DNA of 64,000 nucleotides from Limisphaerales bacterium (GCA_965283725.1 CBDIPT010000001.1:799154-863153), one strand, 5' to 3'; counted from the first letter of the stretch, positions 8,568 to 19,900 are shown. Notes: generated by a model not told the origin, from the sequence alone. Numbers and translations: made by a program.

Positions 8568-9922
8568 AACCCGAAGACTTAAATCCAGAGAACGACCCTG
8601 AAGTGCGGATCACCGCGCTGCTCCTGGGCGAGCTGACTCCCGAGGAGGAGATGGAGCTGCGTGCGGTGATGGCGCAGAACCCCGAGCTGATGCGTTTGCA
8701 TGACCGGCTGAAGGTGGTCATGGGGCTGGTGAAGGACGCGGTGCCGACCACGGAGCCGTTGACACAATCGCTCCCCGAACCGATGACGCTGGCGGAGGAA
8801 CGGCGCGCAGAGTTGCTGGCGGTGTTCAAAGGAGCAGCGCCGAAGCCGAAGGAGAAGAAGATCATCAAGGTGTCCTTCTGGCAGCGGCAGAAAGCGGATT
8901 TGCTGAAGCTGGCGGCGATGCTGGTGGGATTGTTGGCGGTGACGTGGATGATGGTGCCGAAGAGGGAGGAGGAATCGGAGTTTTTCACGATGCTAGGGAA
9001 GCAGATCAAAGGGGTAACGCCATTGCCGGCTGCAGCGCCGATGGCGGCGGATCCTTTTTATTCAATGCCAGCAAAATCAGAAGCGGAAGTGGCGTTAGTA
9101 AAGAGCGAATCACCGACAGCAGAGAAGCTGGTTACTACAGTTTTGAACGGGATGATGGTGACTAACGCAACTACCTTTAGTTCTTCCTTAAATGATGCTT
9201 CGACGAGGACAATTGCCGTGCCTACGGAGTCGGCAGGGAACTCTCTTGGCAATGTCGCTTCGACGGTGAAGCAGTTGATGACATCAAGTTCCACTGATGC
9301 TGTTCAAGATAATCGCACATTGAATTTTGGGGCGAGTTTTAAGCCGCAGGCGCAGAGTGTGGGCGGGGCGACGGTGGGAGTGCCGCTGACTGCGAGTGCG
9401 CCCAGGGTGGTCGCGCGGGAGGACTCGGTGGATCGGTGGGCTGGGACACGCGGGAGCCAGATCGCGTTACCGGCTTTGGCCGCAGCGGGTGGAGAGCAAG
9501 AAGTGACGCAGAAAGCGATGGCGGACCGGAGTGCGGGTATGACCGCGAATTTCTTTAGCTCATTCAAAAACGAGGGGGCAATCGTTTCGGATAATAGCTT
9601 GGCGCTAAACGAGGGCATTGCGGACAAGCCGATGGGGGCACCGGGACAGAGTGGTTCGGCCGGCGGCGGAGGTGTTGGAAGTGGTGTAGCAGTTGGGCAA
9701 ACGCACTGGGGATTCGGCACTCAGAATGGGCGCAGGGGGGGGAGTTGGCGAATGCGCCACAACGGAATCAAACGGGGGCTTGGACGGTGGCTCCTGAGAA
9801 CGACTTTGTGGCGTTGCCGCAGCGCCAGGTTACGCAACTTGGCCTGGCGGATAGTCGCAAGCTGGCGGAGGAGAACAAACCGCGCGAGATGGAGCGATTG
9901 GCGCGGACGGAGCCGACCCTGA
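8564..9922 (+). CDS. anti-sigma factor, N-terminal part (single TM); probably the 5' portion of one gene continuing in 9745..13572
   Basis: 'ITALLLGELTPEEEMELRAVMAQNPEL' is the usual PVC anti-sigma N-terminus. TM 'LLKLAAMLVGLLAVTWMMV'. After the G8 run (9735-9742) the translation becomes Arg/Trp-rich junk ('GSWRMRHNGIKRGLGRWLL..'). Confidence 0.7.
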   Translation: MKPEDLNPENDPEVRITALLLGELTPEEEMELRAVMAQNPELMRLHDRLKVVMGLVKDAVPTTEPLTQSLPEPMTLAEERRAELLAVFKGAAPKPKEKKIIKVSFWQRQKADLLKLAAMLVGLLAVTWMMVPKREEESEFFTMLGKQIKGVTPLPAAAPMAADPFYSMPAKSEAEVALVKSESPTAEKLVTTVLNGMMVTNATTFSSSLNDASTRTIAVPTESAGNSLGNVASTVKQLMTSSSTDAVQDNRTLNFGASFKPQAQSVGGATVGVPLTASAPRVVAREDSVDRWAGTRGSQIALPALAAAGGEQEVTQKAMADRSAGMTANFFSSFKNEGAIVSDNSLALNEGIADKPMGAPGQSGSAGGGGVGSGVAVGQTHWGFGTQNGRRGGSWRMRHNGIKRGLGRWLLRTTLWRCRSARLRNLAWRIVASWRRRTNRARWSDWRGRSRP

Positions 9923-12900
9923 CGGGGCAGGCTGGCAATAATGACATGTTCCTGGGTGGTGCGTTTAAGTCGGGTCTTGCGCCGGGTCAAATTGTTGGGA
10001 CGGGAGGGACGCAACCCACAGTGGCTACGAAGGAATATGCGGCGATGGGCAGGGCTGAACGGCCAGCAGTCGATGCTTATGATGTCGAGGCGAAGCGGAG
10101 AAGCGCCCCAGAACCGACGATGACCGGAAAGTATGTGGCGCTGGATGAGGGGCGGGGCAAGGCTTTGGCAGATCATGAATCTTTCGGTCTGGCTCCGGCC
10201 CAGCCAGCAGCAGCGCGACCGATGGCGGGTCCGGCACCCGTGGCGGTGGGTGACAAGGTCGATGCTTGGAGCAAGGCGCAGGAGGCGGATCGGCCCGAGG
10301 CTCGGGCAAAAGAGAAGGCACCCGTAGCGAATCAAACGGTCAACAGGCTGGTTACTGGGGGGCTCACTGTGGACCTCAATGGCGGAGCACGGCTGGATCA
10401 AAAAAATGAGGTGAAGGGGCAGAGCCAATTGAGAGCAGATGCGAGCGGGGTGACGTTGAATTATGCTGCTGCGCCAGAGATGCCGATGCCAGCCAAGCCT
10501 GATCGTGCAAAGGTTGCATCGTCCTTGGGGGATGCGCAGAAGAATGTTTGGTTTGATAGTCCAACTCCGACTCCAGTTCCCGCCGGTTTGCCGCAAAGCA
10601 ATGAGGGTGAGCTGAGGCTTAAGCTAAATAGGGGAATGACGTTGGCCGATACAGACGGGGACGGGACGAAGGTGATAAGCAAGAAACAGGATGGATTCAA
10701 TTTGGATGTGATTGATCTGCAAGTGGAAAGCAAGGTGCCTGCGGCGGGAGTTGTTTTAGATCCTCAACCTAAAAATTCTTATAGCATCCAAGATAATGCA
10801 ATGAGGCTGGGAGAGGTGTCACAAAAAGCGGAGAGTTTTGAATATAGAAAACAGCCTCTTTCCGAAGTACAGCGGGATGAGGTGGCGGCATTGGCAAAAG
10901 CAAAACTTTCGACCCTGCGCCGAGAAAACGAGGATGTGCTGGCGGAAGGATTGAAACGAGAAGGCAACGGCTCGTTACCTTCTCCGGCGGGAACGGTGAG
11001 TGCCCCAGCACCTGTAGTGGCGATGGATTTGGCGGCGGATGGCACGGTGGCGCTGAAAACTGACGCGTTAACTCTGCCGACGACGCCAAGCTCGGGGTCG
11101 GTTGATGCTTCTGCGAAAGGGAAGAAGCAGGAAGTTTCTGTAATGGTACAGGATGCCAAGCTGTTATATGAGCTTCGGAAGACGGACGAGGCGGAGGCGA
11201 AGTTGAAGGAGGCCATTAAGCAGGATCCGGCGAATACGGCGGCGTATTACGCCATGAACCAAATACAGGAGGCGCGATTTGGGGATGGCGCCCGCAAACG
11301 GGATTATGAGCAACAGTCAAGGATTGAAGGGGTTGAGAAGGCGTGGGAAGTGCCGGTAAAGCGGGAATTTTTACCGAATCCTTATACACGGACGAATTCG
11401 ACCGCAACTGCAACGACCAAGGACCGTCAGCGTATCTTGAGCAACTTGGATAAGACCGTGGTCAAGGATTTACATTTTGAGAACGCCCCGCTTTCACAAG
11501 TTGTCGAGAAGCTTAAGGCTGAAGCCAAGCAACAGGGGGTTGATCTCCCTATAGAAACAAAAACAGGTGCTGAATCGGCACGGGTGACAATCAATCCATC
11601 GCTTAAAAATCTGACATTGGCACAAGCCTTAGAGGCCGTCTCGCAAGTAGCCACCAGCGATGATGGGAAAAAGCTTGGTTTTCAGGTGAATGATTCAAAA
11701 GTGGTCATGGATCAGGTTGCTGTCGAACCGCAGCTTTTTGTCCGCAGATTCAAAGTGGACCCGCAACAGTTTATTAATGGGTTGGAAAGTGTGACTTCGC
11801 TGCCAGAAGGAGGAGGACAGGGTGGTGGCGGAGGAGTTCGCGGAAATGCAGTGCCTAGGGTCAGTATGGCGGAAAATTCAGGAGGGCTTGGTGGTCAGGC
11901 AACTATTTCAGGTAGCACAAAGCTGGTTCTAACTGAGCATATTCAAAACTTGGCACGGCAATTCTTTGCCGCTGCTGGAGTGGATATGAACTCCAATAAG
12001 ACGCAGGTCTTTTTCAATGATCGGACCGGGACGCTTTTGGTGCGAGGCACTCAAAAGGACTTGGAGGTTGTGGAGCAGGCAATTGAGGTGCTGGCGGTCG
12101 AGCCTCCAGAAGTTCTGGTGCAAGCGAAGCTCGCTGAGGTGGAGCAAGAGAAGCTGGCTAAGCTGAAGAATGAGGCCAAGCAGGTCGCCAAAGATGAACC
12201 GGCTCCGCAGCGTCCGCCAGCCGCTCCGCCCGGGATTCCGCAGCCGGAGGTCAGGACGGCGCTGAATGCGTTTTCGACGTTTTCGCTGAATGTGAGTGAT
12301 GTGTCGTTCAAGCTGGCGGCGGCGAGCCTGGAGAAGGGCTTGATGCCGGAGCCGGTCACGGTGCGCACGGAGGAGTTCATCAATGCATTCAACTATCACG
12401 ATCCCGAGCCGACGGGGAATGCGCGGGTGGCGTTTGCGTGGGAACGGGCGCGGTATCCCTTCGCGCATGATCGGGATTTGGTGCGGTTCGCGGTGAAGAC
12501 GGGCGCGGTTGGGCGTGAGCCAGGCAAGCCGCTGAACATCGTGTTGCTGCTGGATAACTCGGGCTCGATGGAACGGGCGGATCGGGTGCAAATCCGGCGC
12601 GAATGTCTCCGCGTGTTGGGCGGGCAATTGCAACCGCAGGACAAGGTGAGCGTAGTGGCGTTCGCGCGGACGGCGCGGCTCTGGGTGGATGGGCTGGCCG
12701 GAGCGCAAGCGCGTGAGCTGCCCTCACTGGTGGGGAATCTCACGCCAGAAGGCGGTACGAATCTGGAGGAAGCAATGAGCCTGGCGTATGCAACGGCACA
12801 AAAGCATTTTGTGCCGAACGGCGTGAATCGTGTGGTGTTGCTGACGGATGGCGCAGCGAACCTGGGCGATGTCTCACCGGATTCGTTGAAGAAGAAGGTG

Positions 12901-13572
12901 GTGTCCTATCGGCAGCAAGGCGTGGCGCTGGATTGCTTTGGCATCGGCTGGGAGGGTTACAACGATGATTTGCTGGAGGCGCTCTCGCGCAATGGCGACG
13001 GCCGTTACGGATTTGTGAATTCACCGGAAGCGGCTACGACGGAATTCGCGAGCCAATTGGCGGGTGCGCTGCAAGCGGCGGCCTCGGATGTAAAAGTGCA
13101 GGTGGAGTGGAATCCGAAGCGCGTGACGGTGTTCCGTCAGCTTGGTTATGCGAAGCATCAGCTTAAGAAAGAGGAGTTTCGCGATAACAAGGTGGATGCA
13201 GCAGAGATCGGTGCAGCGGAGGCGGGCAACGCGCTCTACACGGTGCAGGTTAATCCCGCAGGTGAAGGTCCGCTCGGCGTGGTGCGCGTGCGCTATCGCG
13301 TGCCGAACACAAACGATTATCGCGAGCACGAATGGACGCTGGCTTATGACGGGGCTTCCAAACCGATGGAGCTATCGAGTGCGCCGCTGCGATTGGCGGC
13401 GACGGCCTCGGCGTTCAGCGAGTGGCTGGTGGCGAGCCCGTTCGCGGGTGAAGTGACGGCGGAGGGATTGATCACGCAGTTGAGCGGCGTGCCGGAGGCG
13501 TATCCGGCAGACCCGCGACCGAAACAATTGGAATGGATGATACGGCAGGCGAAGAGTCTTTCAGGAAGATAA
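9745..13572 (+). CDS. von Willebrand factor A domain protein, YfbK-like (TPR, STN/secretin-N-like modules, vWA, DUF3520-like tail)
   Basis: MIDAS 'LLLDNSGSMERAD', 'GGTNLEEAM', 'VVLLTDGAANLG'. C-terminal 'VEWNPKRVTVFRQLGYAKHQL..DAAEIGAAEAGNALYTV' is YfbK-like. 'FFNDRTGTLLVRGTQKDLEVVEQAIEVL' is secretin-N (NolW)-like. The called TTG start is probably an artefact of the frameshift at 9735-9742. Confidence 0.8.
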   Translation: MANAPQRNQTGAWTVAPENDFVALPQRQVTQLGLADSRKLAEENKPREMERLARTEPTLTGQAGNNDMFLGGAFKSGLAPGQIVGTGGTQPTVATKEYAAMGRAERPAVDAYDVEAKRRSAPEPTMTGKYVALDEGRGKALADHESFGLAPAQPAAARPMAGPAPVAVGDKVDAWSKAQEADRPEARAKEKAPVANQTVNRLVTGGLTVDLNGGARLDQKNEVKGQSQLRADASGVTLNYAAAPEMPMPAKPDRAKVASSLGDAQKNVWFDSPTPTPVPAGLPQSNEGELRLKLNRGMTLADTDGDGTKVISKKQDGFNLDVIDLQVESKVPAAGVVLDPQPKNSYSIQDNAMRLGEVSQKAESFEYRKQPLSEVQRDEVAALAKAKLSTLRRENEDVLAEGLKREGNGSLPSPAGTVSAPAPVVAMDLAADGTVALKTDALTLPTTPSSGSVDASAKGKKQEVSVMVQDAKLLYELRKTDEAEAKLKEAIKQDPANTAAYYAMNQIQEARFGDGARKRDYEQQSRIEGVEKAWEVPVKREFLPNPYTRTNSTATATTKDRQRILSNLDKTVVKDLHFENAPLSQVVEKLKAEAKQQGVDLPIETKTGAESARVTINPSLKNLTLAQALEAVSQVATSDDGKKLGFQVNDSKVVMDQVAVEPQLFVRRFKVDPQQFINGLESVTSLPEGGGQGGGGGVRGNAVPRVSMAENSGGLGGQATISGSTKLVLTEHIQNLARQFFAAAGVDMNSNKTQVFFNDRTGTLLVRGTQKDLEVVEQAIEVLAVEPPEVLVQAKLAEVEQEKLAKLKNEAKQVAKDEPAPQRPPAAPPGIPQPEVRTALNAFSTFSLNVSDVSFKLAAASLEKGLMPEPVTVRTEEFINAFNYHDPEPTGNARVAFAWERARYPFAHDRDLVRFAVKTGAVGREPGKPLNIVLLLDNSGSMERADRVQIRRECLRVLGGQLQPQDKVSVVAFARTARLWVDGLAGAQARELPSLVGNLTPEGGTNLEEAMSLAYATAQKHFVPNGVNRVVLLTDGAANLGDVSPDSLKKKVVSYRQQGVALDCFGIGWEGYNDDLLEALSRNGDGRYGFVNSPEAATTEFASQLAGALQAAASDVKVQVEWNPKRVTVFRQLGYAKHQLKKEEFRDNKVDAAEIGAAEAGNALYTVQVNPAGEGPLGVVRVRYRVPNTNDYREHEWTLAYDGASKPMELSSAPLRLAATASAFSEWLVASPFAGEVTAEGLITQLSGVPEAYPADPRPKQLEWMIRQAKSLSGR

Positions 13573-13590
13573 AGGAGATTATTATGGGAA

Positions 13591-13625
13591 ACATCGAACA
13601 TCGAACGTCCAACGTCCAACAGCCA
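13591..13625 (+). repeat. five tandem heptamers ACATCGA ACATCGA ACGTCCA ACGTCCA ACAGCCA
   Basis: Read directly from the sequence. Lies inside a 17-codon mini-ORF (13584-13637) that follows AAGGAG (13572-13577). Confidence 0.9.
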
Positions 13626-13657
13626 GGGCAAGGATAAGGCGGGAGCGGTTGGCGTTC

Positions 13658-13698
13658 TCACCCCTCACCCCGGCCCTCTCTCCGTTGAGGGGAGAGGG
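13658..13698. repeat. REP-like element: tandem TCACCCC x2 followed by a 10-bp hairpin
   Basis: tcacccc at 13658-13664 and 13665-13671. Stem ccctctctcc (13674-13683) / ggggagaggg (13689-13698) with one G.U pair, loop gttga. Confidence 0.75.
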
Positions 13699-13766
13699 AG
13701 AACGTTTGGACGCGCTTATTCCGGTGGATGGAGCGGACTGATGTTTGCAGCTTTCGTGAGCAACTT

Positions 13767-13883
13767 TGTAGCGCAGACCGGTGGTCTGCTGTATCGCCGA
13801 CTGGCAGTCGGCTGGCGCCATGACTATTTAACGGCTCGCAGATCACCGATCTGCGACACGGCAGGTTGCCAACCTGCGCTACA
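13767..13883. repeat. cluster of four perfect short palindromes (BIME/REP-like array) bracketed by a 10-nt inverted repeat
   Basis: Four hairpins: gcagacc-ggt-ggtctgc (13773-13789); gccgactg-g-cagtcggc (13796-13812); cgcagatc-acc-gatctgcg (13837-13855); gcaggttg-c-caacctgc (13861-13877). Outer inverted repeat tgtagcgcag (13767-13776) / ctgcgctaca (13874-13883). Confidence 0.85.
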
Positions 13884-13929
13884 GAAGCGGGCGGTTAAGT
13901 TTGGTCAGAGCCTCCTGACGTCAGCTGCT

Positions 13930-16900
13930 ATGCTCCTCAGTGCGCTCGTTATCGGGTTTATGCCGATGATAACCTCGGCGGCGCAGGTGGAGGGCAGAGA
14001 TGTCTCGATCAATGGCGGGGTGCAGGATGGAAAGGCGCGGATCGTGATCGAAGGGCAGTTCGGGCCGTTGATCGGCGAGAAGGAGAAGGTGCTGTTCGCG
14101 ACGGCGATCCAGCATTCGTTGCTCATCACGCGGGAAAAGCACACGCATACCATCAATGTGGTGCTCGATGTTTTGCGCGGTGAACCCACGGAGTTGCCGC
14201 TGATCATCAATGGCCAGGGTGAGATCAAAGAGGTGACGGGCGCGAATCTCCAGGACTGGAGTGTGCGACAGGAGAATGGGTCGCGCGTGCTGGTCTTGCG
14301 TCCACGCAAGACGGACAAGCCGTTGACGCAATTGATTGTGAGTATTCAAGCGGAGCAAACTACACGATTGCTGGGAACTGGTTTACAAACGTTGTCCCTG
14401 ACCTCGCCGCAAGCGTCGTTGATGAACGGTTATCTTAAAGTGGACGTGGCACCGGAATTGAGCGTGCAACCGATCAATGTGACGGGCTTGGTACCAATCG
14501 AGGCGAAGCTGTTGCCAGAAGGATTGCGTCCCGTGTTGAAGCCGGATCAGGAAGAACCACTGGCGTATCGTTTTCATGGCTCGGCGTATTCGTTCCCGGT
14601 GACGGTCACTGTGGCGGATCCGGAAGCGCGGCGTGTGGTGCTGCGTGATTTCAAACTGGAAGGCGCGCTCAGTGATCGCACGGCAGGCTTTACGTTAACG
14701 GCGACGGCGCGGGTGAAGAATCCAAAAGGCGGCTCAGTGCAGCTTCTGAGTGGCGAGGTGGCGTTGGCCGAGCTGGTGCCCAATGCGGACTGGCGGTTGA
14801 AGCTGGATAATGGGCGATTCGTGGCAGTCTTCGACAAGCCGGGTGAGTATCAACTGCGCATCAAGTTCAACGCGGCGGTGAAGCAAGCGGCGGGTTGGAG
14901 CAGTGTGGATTTCAAGGTGGCGAATGCGGCGTTGCAACCGGTGGTGTTCCAAGGCTTGGGCGCGGATACACAATTCAACTTTGAAGGTGCGGCGAAACCA
15001 GAGCGCAAGGGCAGCGAGTTCCAGAGTTTCTTGCCACCAGATGGTGCAGTAAAGCTGGCATGGAAAGAGATGCGGGCGGAGGCGGAAGGGAAACTTTTCT
15101 ATGCAGCGGAGATGCTGTCGCAGGTGAGCATCGGTTCCGGCATGATGCGGCAGGTGGCTTTGCTGGAAGGCAAGATCATGCAGGGCGAACTCAGCAAGGT
15201 GGTGCTGCAAGTGCGCGGGCAGGGCAGCGTGACGGCGGTGCAGGGCGCGAATGTGCTGGCGTGGAAAGTAGAGCCGGTGGCGGACTCGAAGGAACGCAAG
15301 CTGGTGGTGCAGTTCAACCAGCCGCAGAAAGATGCCTTCCTGCTGCAAGTGCAGATGCAGACGGAGTTGGGCGCGTTCCCGCAGGCGGTCGATGCGATGC
15401 AAATCCAGCCGGAAGGCGCGACGCGCTTCGCCGGGCATCTTCGCGTGGTGAATCAAGGCGCGGTGCGGCTCGAGGTGGTGCAATCGACGGGTCTCTCGCA
15501 AATCTCGCCGGAGCAATTCCCCGAGAATGACATGACGAAGTCTGTCCTTGGTGGACAAGGTGCTCAACGATTCGCGTTCCGTTTCTCCAGTGCCGATTTC
15601 TCGTTGCGCGTGCAGGCGGACAATGTGTTGCCAGAATTGAGCGTATCACAACTAATCTCATATCGCCTGGGCGAAACGGAGACGGTCATCGACGGGGAAT
15701 TTGAGTTGGATATCCGCGAGGCACCGTTGCGTGAGGTATTGTTGCGCGTGCCAAAAGGGTATGCGATCGCCGGTTTGTCAGCGGGCGGCTTGAGCGATTA
15801 TTTCTTGCAGGAACCGGCTGGGCAGGTGGATGCGGAATTGCGGTTGGTCTATGGCGCGCCAATCACGGGACGACAGATCATCCAACTGCGGTTGGAGCGC
15901 AACTCGGCGTTGGGTCAGGCGACGTGGGCGTTGCCGCGCATTGAAGTATTGAAAGCGAAGTCCACGCGGGGGCACATCGCGGTGGCAGCGGATGCGGGCT
16001 TCCGCCTCACGCCGGAACGCACCGTGGCGTTGACGGATATCGCCACGGCGTTCTTCCCGCGCAAGATCGAGGGTATTCAAGCGGCGTTCCGTTTGAGCGA
16101 GCCGGCTTGGGAAGCGTCTATGCGGGTTGAGCGTTTGCCTCAATCCATTCAAGCGGATGCGTTCCACCTGTTTTCCATCGGCGAGGGCATCGCATACGGC
16201 AGCAGCACGATCAACTTCGCGATCTCCGGCGCGCCGGTGTCATCGTTCCTCATCTCGTTGTCGGATGAATATTTCAACGTGGAGTTTACCGGCAAAGATT
16301 TGCGGAGCAATTGGCAGAAGACGACGAATGGTTACGTGGTGACGTTGAACACGCCGGTGTCGGGTGCTTACACCTTGCTGGTGACGTATGAGCGGCCCTT
16401 CAAGGCGCAGGGTGATACGCTGACTTTCACTGGTGCGCGGCCAATGGATGCACAGAGCGAACAGGGGCACACGCTGGTGGTGAGTGCGTATCAATTCCAG
16501 GTGAAGCCATCGAATGTCTCCGCAGGTTTGTTGCCGCTGGAAACCGCAGAGGTGCCCGCTGAGTATCGGCTGTTCTTCGATGCACCCATCCTCGCAGCTT
16601 ATCGCTACAATGCGCGGCCGTTCAATCTGCAACTCGCGCTGAGTCCGTTGGCGCAGGGCGAAACGGTGAGCCTGATCGTGGATCGGGCGGTGTTGTCCAC
16701 GCGCATCTCACAAGACGGCGAAGTGCTGACTGACGTGCGGTATTTCGTGAAGAACCGGGGCAATCCGCATTTCCGTTTGAAATTGCCGGAGGGTGTCACG
16801 TTGTGGTCTGCGACGGTTAATGGCGGAACCGTGGTGCCCGTGAAGGATGGCGATGCGAACCTGATTCCGCTGCCGCAACGGGCGGACCCGAGTGCGGTCC

Positions 16901-19900
16901 AGACGCTGGATCTGAAACTGGCTTCGCGGTCCAAGACGCCCTCGCGAGTACGGGTGGAAGCGCCCGTGGTGACGGCTCCGGTGTTGCTGGCGGAATGGCA
17001 GATCGAGCCGGATGCGGGATACAGTCTACTGTATCGTGGCGGATCGCTTGTGCCGACGACGGGTGTGGCGGATAACTCGGGCTTTGCTGGACTCGCCCGG
17101 ATGATGATGAGCGGTGACGCCAAACGGCATATGCTGCTGTTTGCGATTTCGATCATCTTTGTGGTGTTGATTTGGCGCTGGGCGTCGAAAGAAGGGGCAT
17201 ATCGGTTTGGACCGCGGCACTTTGGTGGTGGACTTGTAGGAGTCATCGCTTTGTTACTGGCGGGAACACACTTTCTTTCCTTGCAGGAAATGGCGAAGCG
17301 GCAGCAGGAGGTTCCTGAGGCCAAGCTGTCATTCCTCGCGCCGGTGCAGCAAAGCAACAGCGTGCTGAGCGTGGAGGTGGCGAATGTGACGGGCAGCCAG
17401 GCGGCAGGCACAAGTCTCGTGCACGCTTGGCCGGTGGCATTGGCATTGGTGATCTGGGGAGTTGCTTTATTGAGTCCGCGGGGGTTGAAGCAGTCCTTGG
17501 GAATAGCGTTTGGTTGGACCTTGATTGCTTGGACAACGCTGCGTTGGCCAAATGGAGCCGGGTTGTTTCTACTGCTACTCTTGGCGTTCTTGATTGTTCA
17601 TGTGCTGTGGCCGGGGTTGCGTCGGTTGGGGCGCGTTCCGCATCCGCCGGAACCGCCCGTGGAAGGCCAGGCAGCGACGACGGCGTTACTGCTGTGTGGG
17701 TTACTGTGGTTGAGCGCACTGCCTTTGAATGCTGCAGTGCCACCACAGACATCTGTGGCGGGTATTCCAGACATAGGCGTGGCGGAATCGGTGGTGCAAG
17801 ACATCCGCGTGGAAGAGAAGTTTGCCATGGCCACGGCGAAGATCCGCTGGGTAGCGATGAAGAACCAGACACTTCCCGTTGTGGCTGATCCGGCAGTGTT
17901 GACGGGAATCAACTATCCAACCAATAGCCTGACCTTGGTGCAGGTTTTTGCGAATGGAAAGCGAACGCAACAACTGCTTGCGCAGGCGGCGGGCACTTAT
18001 GACATCGAGGTGCAGTATCAACTGCATGTCACACAAAGGAATGCTGTGAACGGGTTTGAATTGCCGACACAGCAAGGCTTAATCAACCGGCTCACGCTGA
18101 CGTTGCCGGAGCAGGATGTGGAAATGGATGCACTGAATGCGGTTTCGGTGGTAAGCAACGTGGCGACGAATAATACGACGGTCTCGACGTTGGTGCTCAC
18201 GCCGACGGCGAATGCGTGGATCGGATGGAAACCGCGCAGCCGCGATGTGAAGCGTGAAAAGCCTGTGTTCTTCGTGGAGACGTTTCAACTGTATGCGCCC
18301 GCTGCCGGAGTGGTGGAAGGGGTGCATCGTGTGGAGGTGCGTCCGGCGCAAGGTGAACTGAGCGAGATGATTTTCACGATTCCGAAAGGAGCGACGATCA
18401 CGGATGTGCTTGATCCGATCACGGGGAAAGCATCTATCGTTTCACTGTGGCGCTTCGACCCAGATACGCGACAGTTGCGTGTGGGGTTGGCACCGGCCCA
18501 GTCGCGGCCGTTTGCTTTGGTCGTGCGTTCACAAGTGGCGACCGGTCCACTGCCGTTTGAGAAAAGTGTCGGTTTGCTGCAAGTGAATGGTGCGGCAGGG
18601 CAACTTGGTTCGGTAGGTGTTGCGACCGGTTCCGAGGTGCAGCTCGATAATGTGACGGCGGAGGCATTGTCGGCTATCAATCTGGAAGATTTTCCGGGAA
18701 GCACGTTGCAGCCTTTGCGTGGGCAGATCGTCGGGTTGACCTTGCGGCGCGCGTTCCGCTCCGCGGATGCGAAGGGCAATGTGAGCTTGAAGGTTTCTGC
18801 CGTGGAGCCGGATGTACGAGTGGAGACGCAGGAGACGTTGTCATTAGGCGAAGATCGCACGGTGTTGGCGGTCAAGGCGGTGATGGCCGTGAGCCGGGCG
18901 GGCATCTTCCGCGTAAGCTTCGTGTTGCCGACAGGACTGGACGTGGAGTCGATCAATGGTAACGCGATCTCGCACTGGACGGAATTGAAGGCGACGGAGG
19001 GACGCATCATCACGTTGCACTTGAAGGGGAAGACGGAAGGACAGGAGGAATTCAACGTGAACCTGACGGGCGTGGGCATCAAGGCGGCGAAGGGTGTTGT
19101 GGTGCCGCATGTCACGTTCCGCGAGGCGAGCAAGCAGCGTGGGCAACTAGTGATCGTGCCGGAGCAGGGGATGCGCTTGCAAGTTGGTGCGCGCGAGGGT
19201 GTGACGCAACTGGACCCGCAGAAATCGGGCATCCGGCAGAAAGGTGTGTTGGTGTTCCGCCTGTTGCAACCGCAGTGGACGTTGGGATTGGACATCGAGC
19301 AAGTGGACGCCTGGGTGCAGGTGACGGGTTTGCAGCATGTGACCATCAGCGAGGCGCAGGTGAAGGTGGCGGCGAACCTGCAATACCAGATCGAGAATAC
19401 GGGCTTGAAGGCGTTGCGGGTCCGCTTGCCAGCGAATGCAGAGAGCGTGCATTTCCGGGGCGATCAAGTGGCGGACTACTTGCCGGTTCCGGGTTTGGCG
19501 ACGAACCAATGGCAGACGTGGGATGTGAAGTTGCATCGCCGCGTTATTGGCAAGTATCTGCTGCAAGCAGCGTGGCAGACGCCCGTGGCGCAAGCGGCGA
19601 CGACTACGGTGGTGCAAGGAATTCAAGCAATGGATGCCAATCTGCAACGGGGTTTCGTGACAGTGCAATCGGGTGGGCGTTTGCAAGCGCGGGCGGATGT
19701 GATTCCGGCGGCGTTGCAGCCAGCCGAATGGCAGAGCATTCCCCGGGCGTTGTTGCAGGACATTCCGGCGGCAACGGCGAACCAAACCTATCGGCTGGTG
19801 GAGCCGAGCTATGCGTTGGCATTGACACTCGAGCGGCATGAAGCGACGAAGCTGCTGCCAGCGCGCGTGAACAGCGTGGTGTTGAGTTCGGTGATCTCGG

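Noticed and set aside
11948-11970. TGGCAC-N5-TTCT sequence resembling a sigma-54 -24/-12 element.
   Set aside because: It lies inside the vWA coding region, and its -12 part does not match TTGC.
13741-13929. ORF-track start of the giant gene at 13741 ('MFAAFVSNFVAQTGGLLYRRLAVGWRHDYLTARRSPICDTAGCQPALQ..').
   Set aside because: These 63 codons are exactly the palindrome/REP-like array, and the peptide is an artefact of translating hairpins. The first credible start is the ATG at 13930. The minus-strand ORFs 13582-13821 and 13658-13846 are rejected for the same reason.
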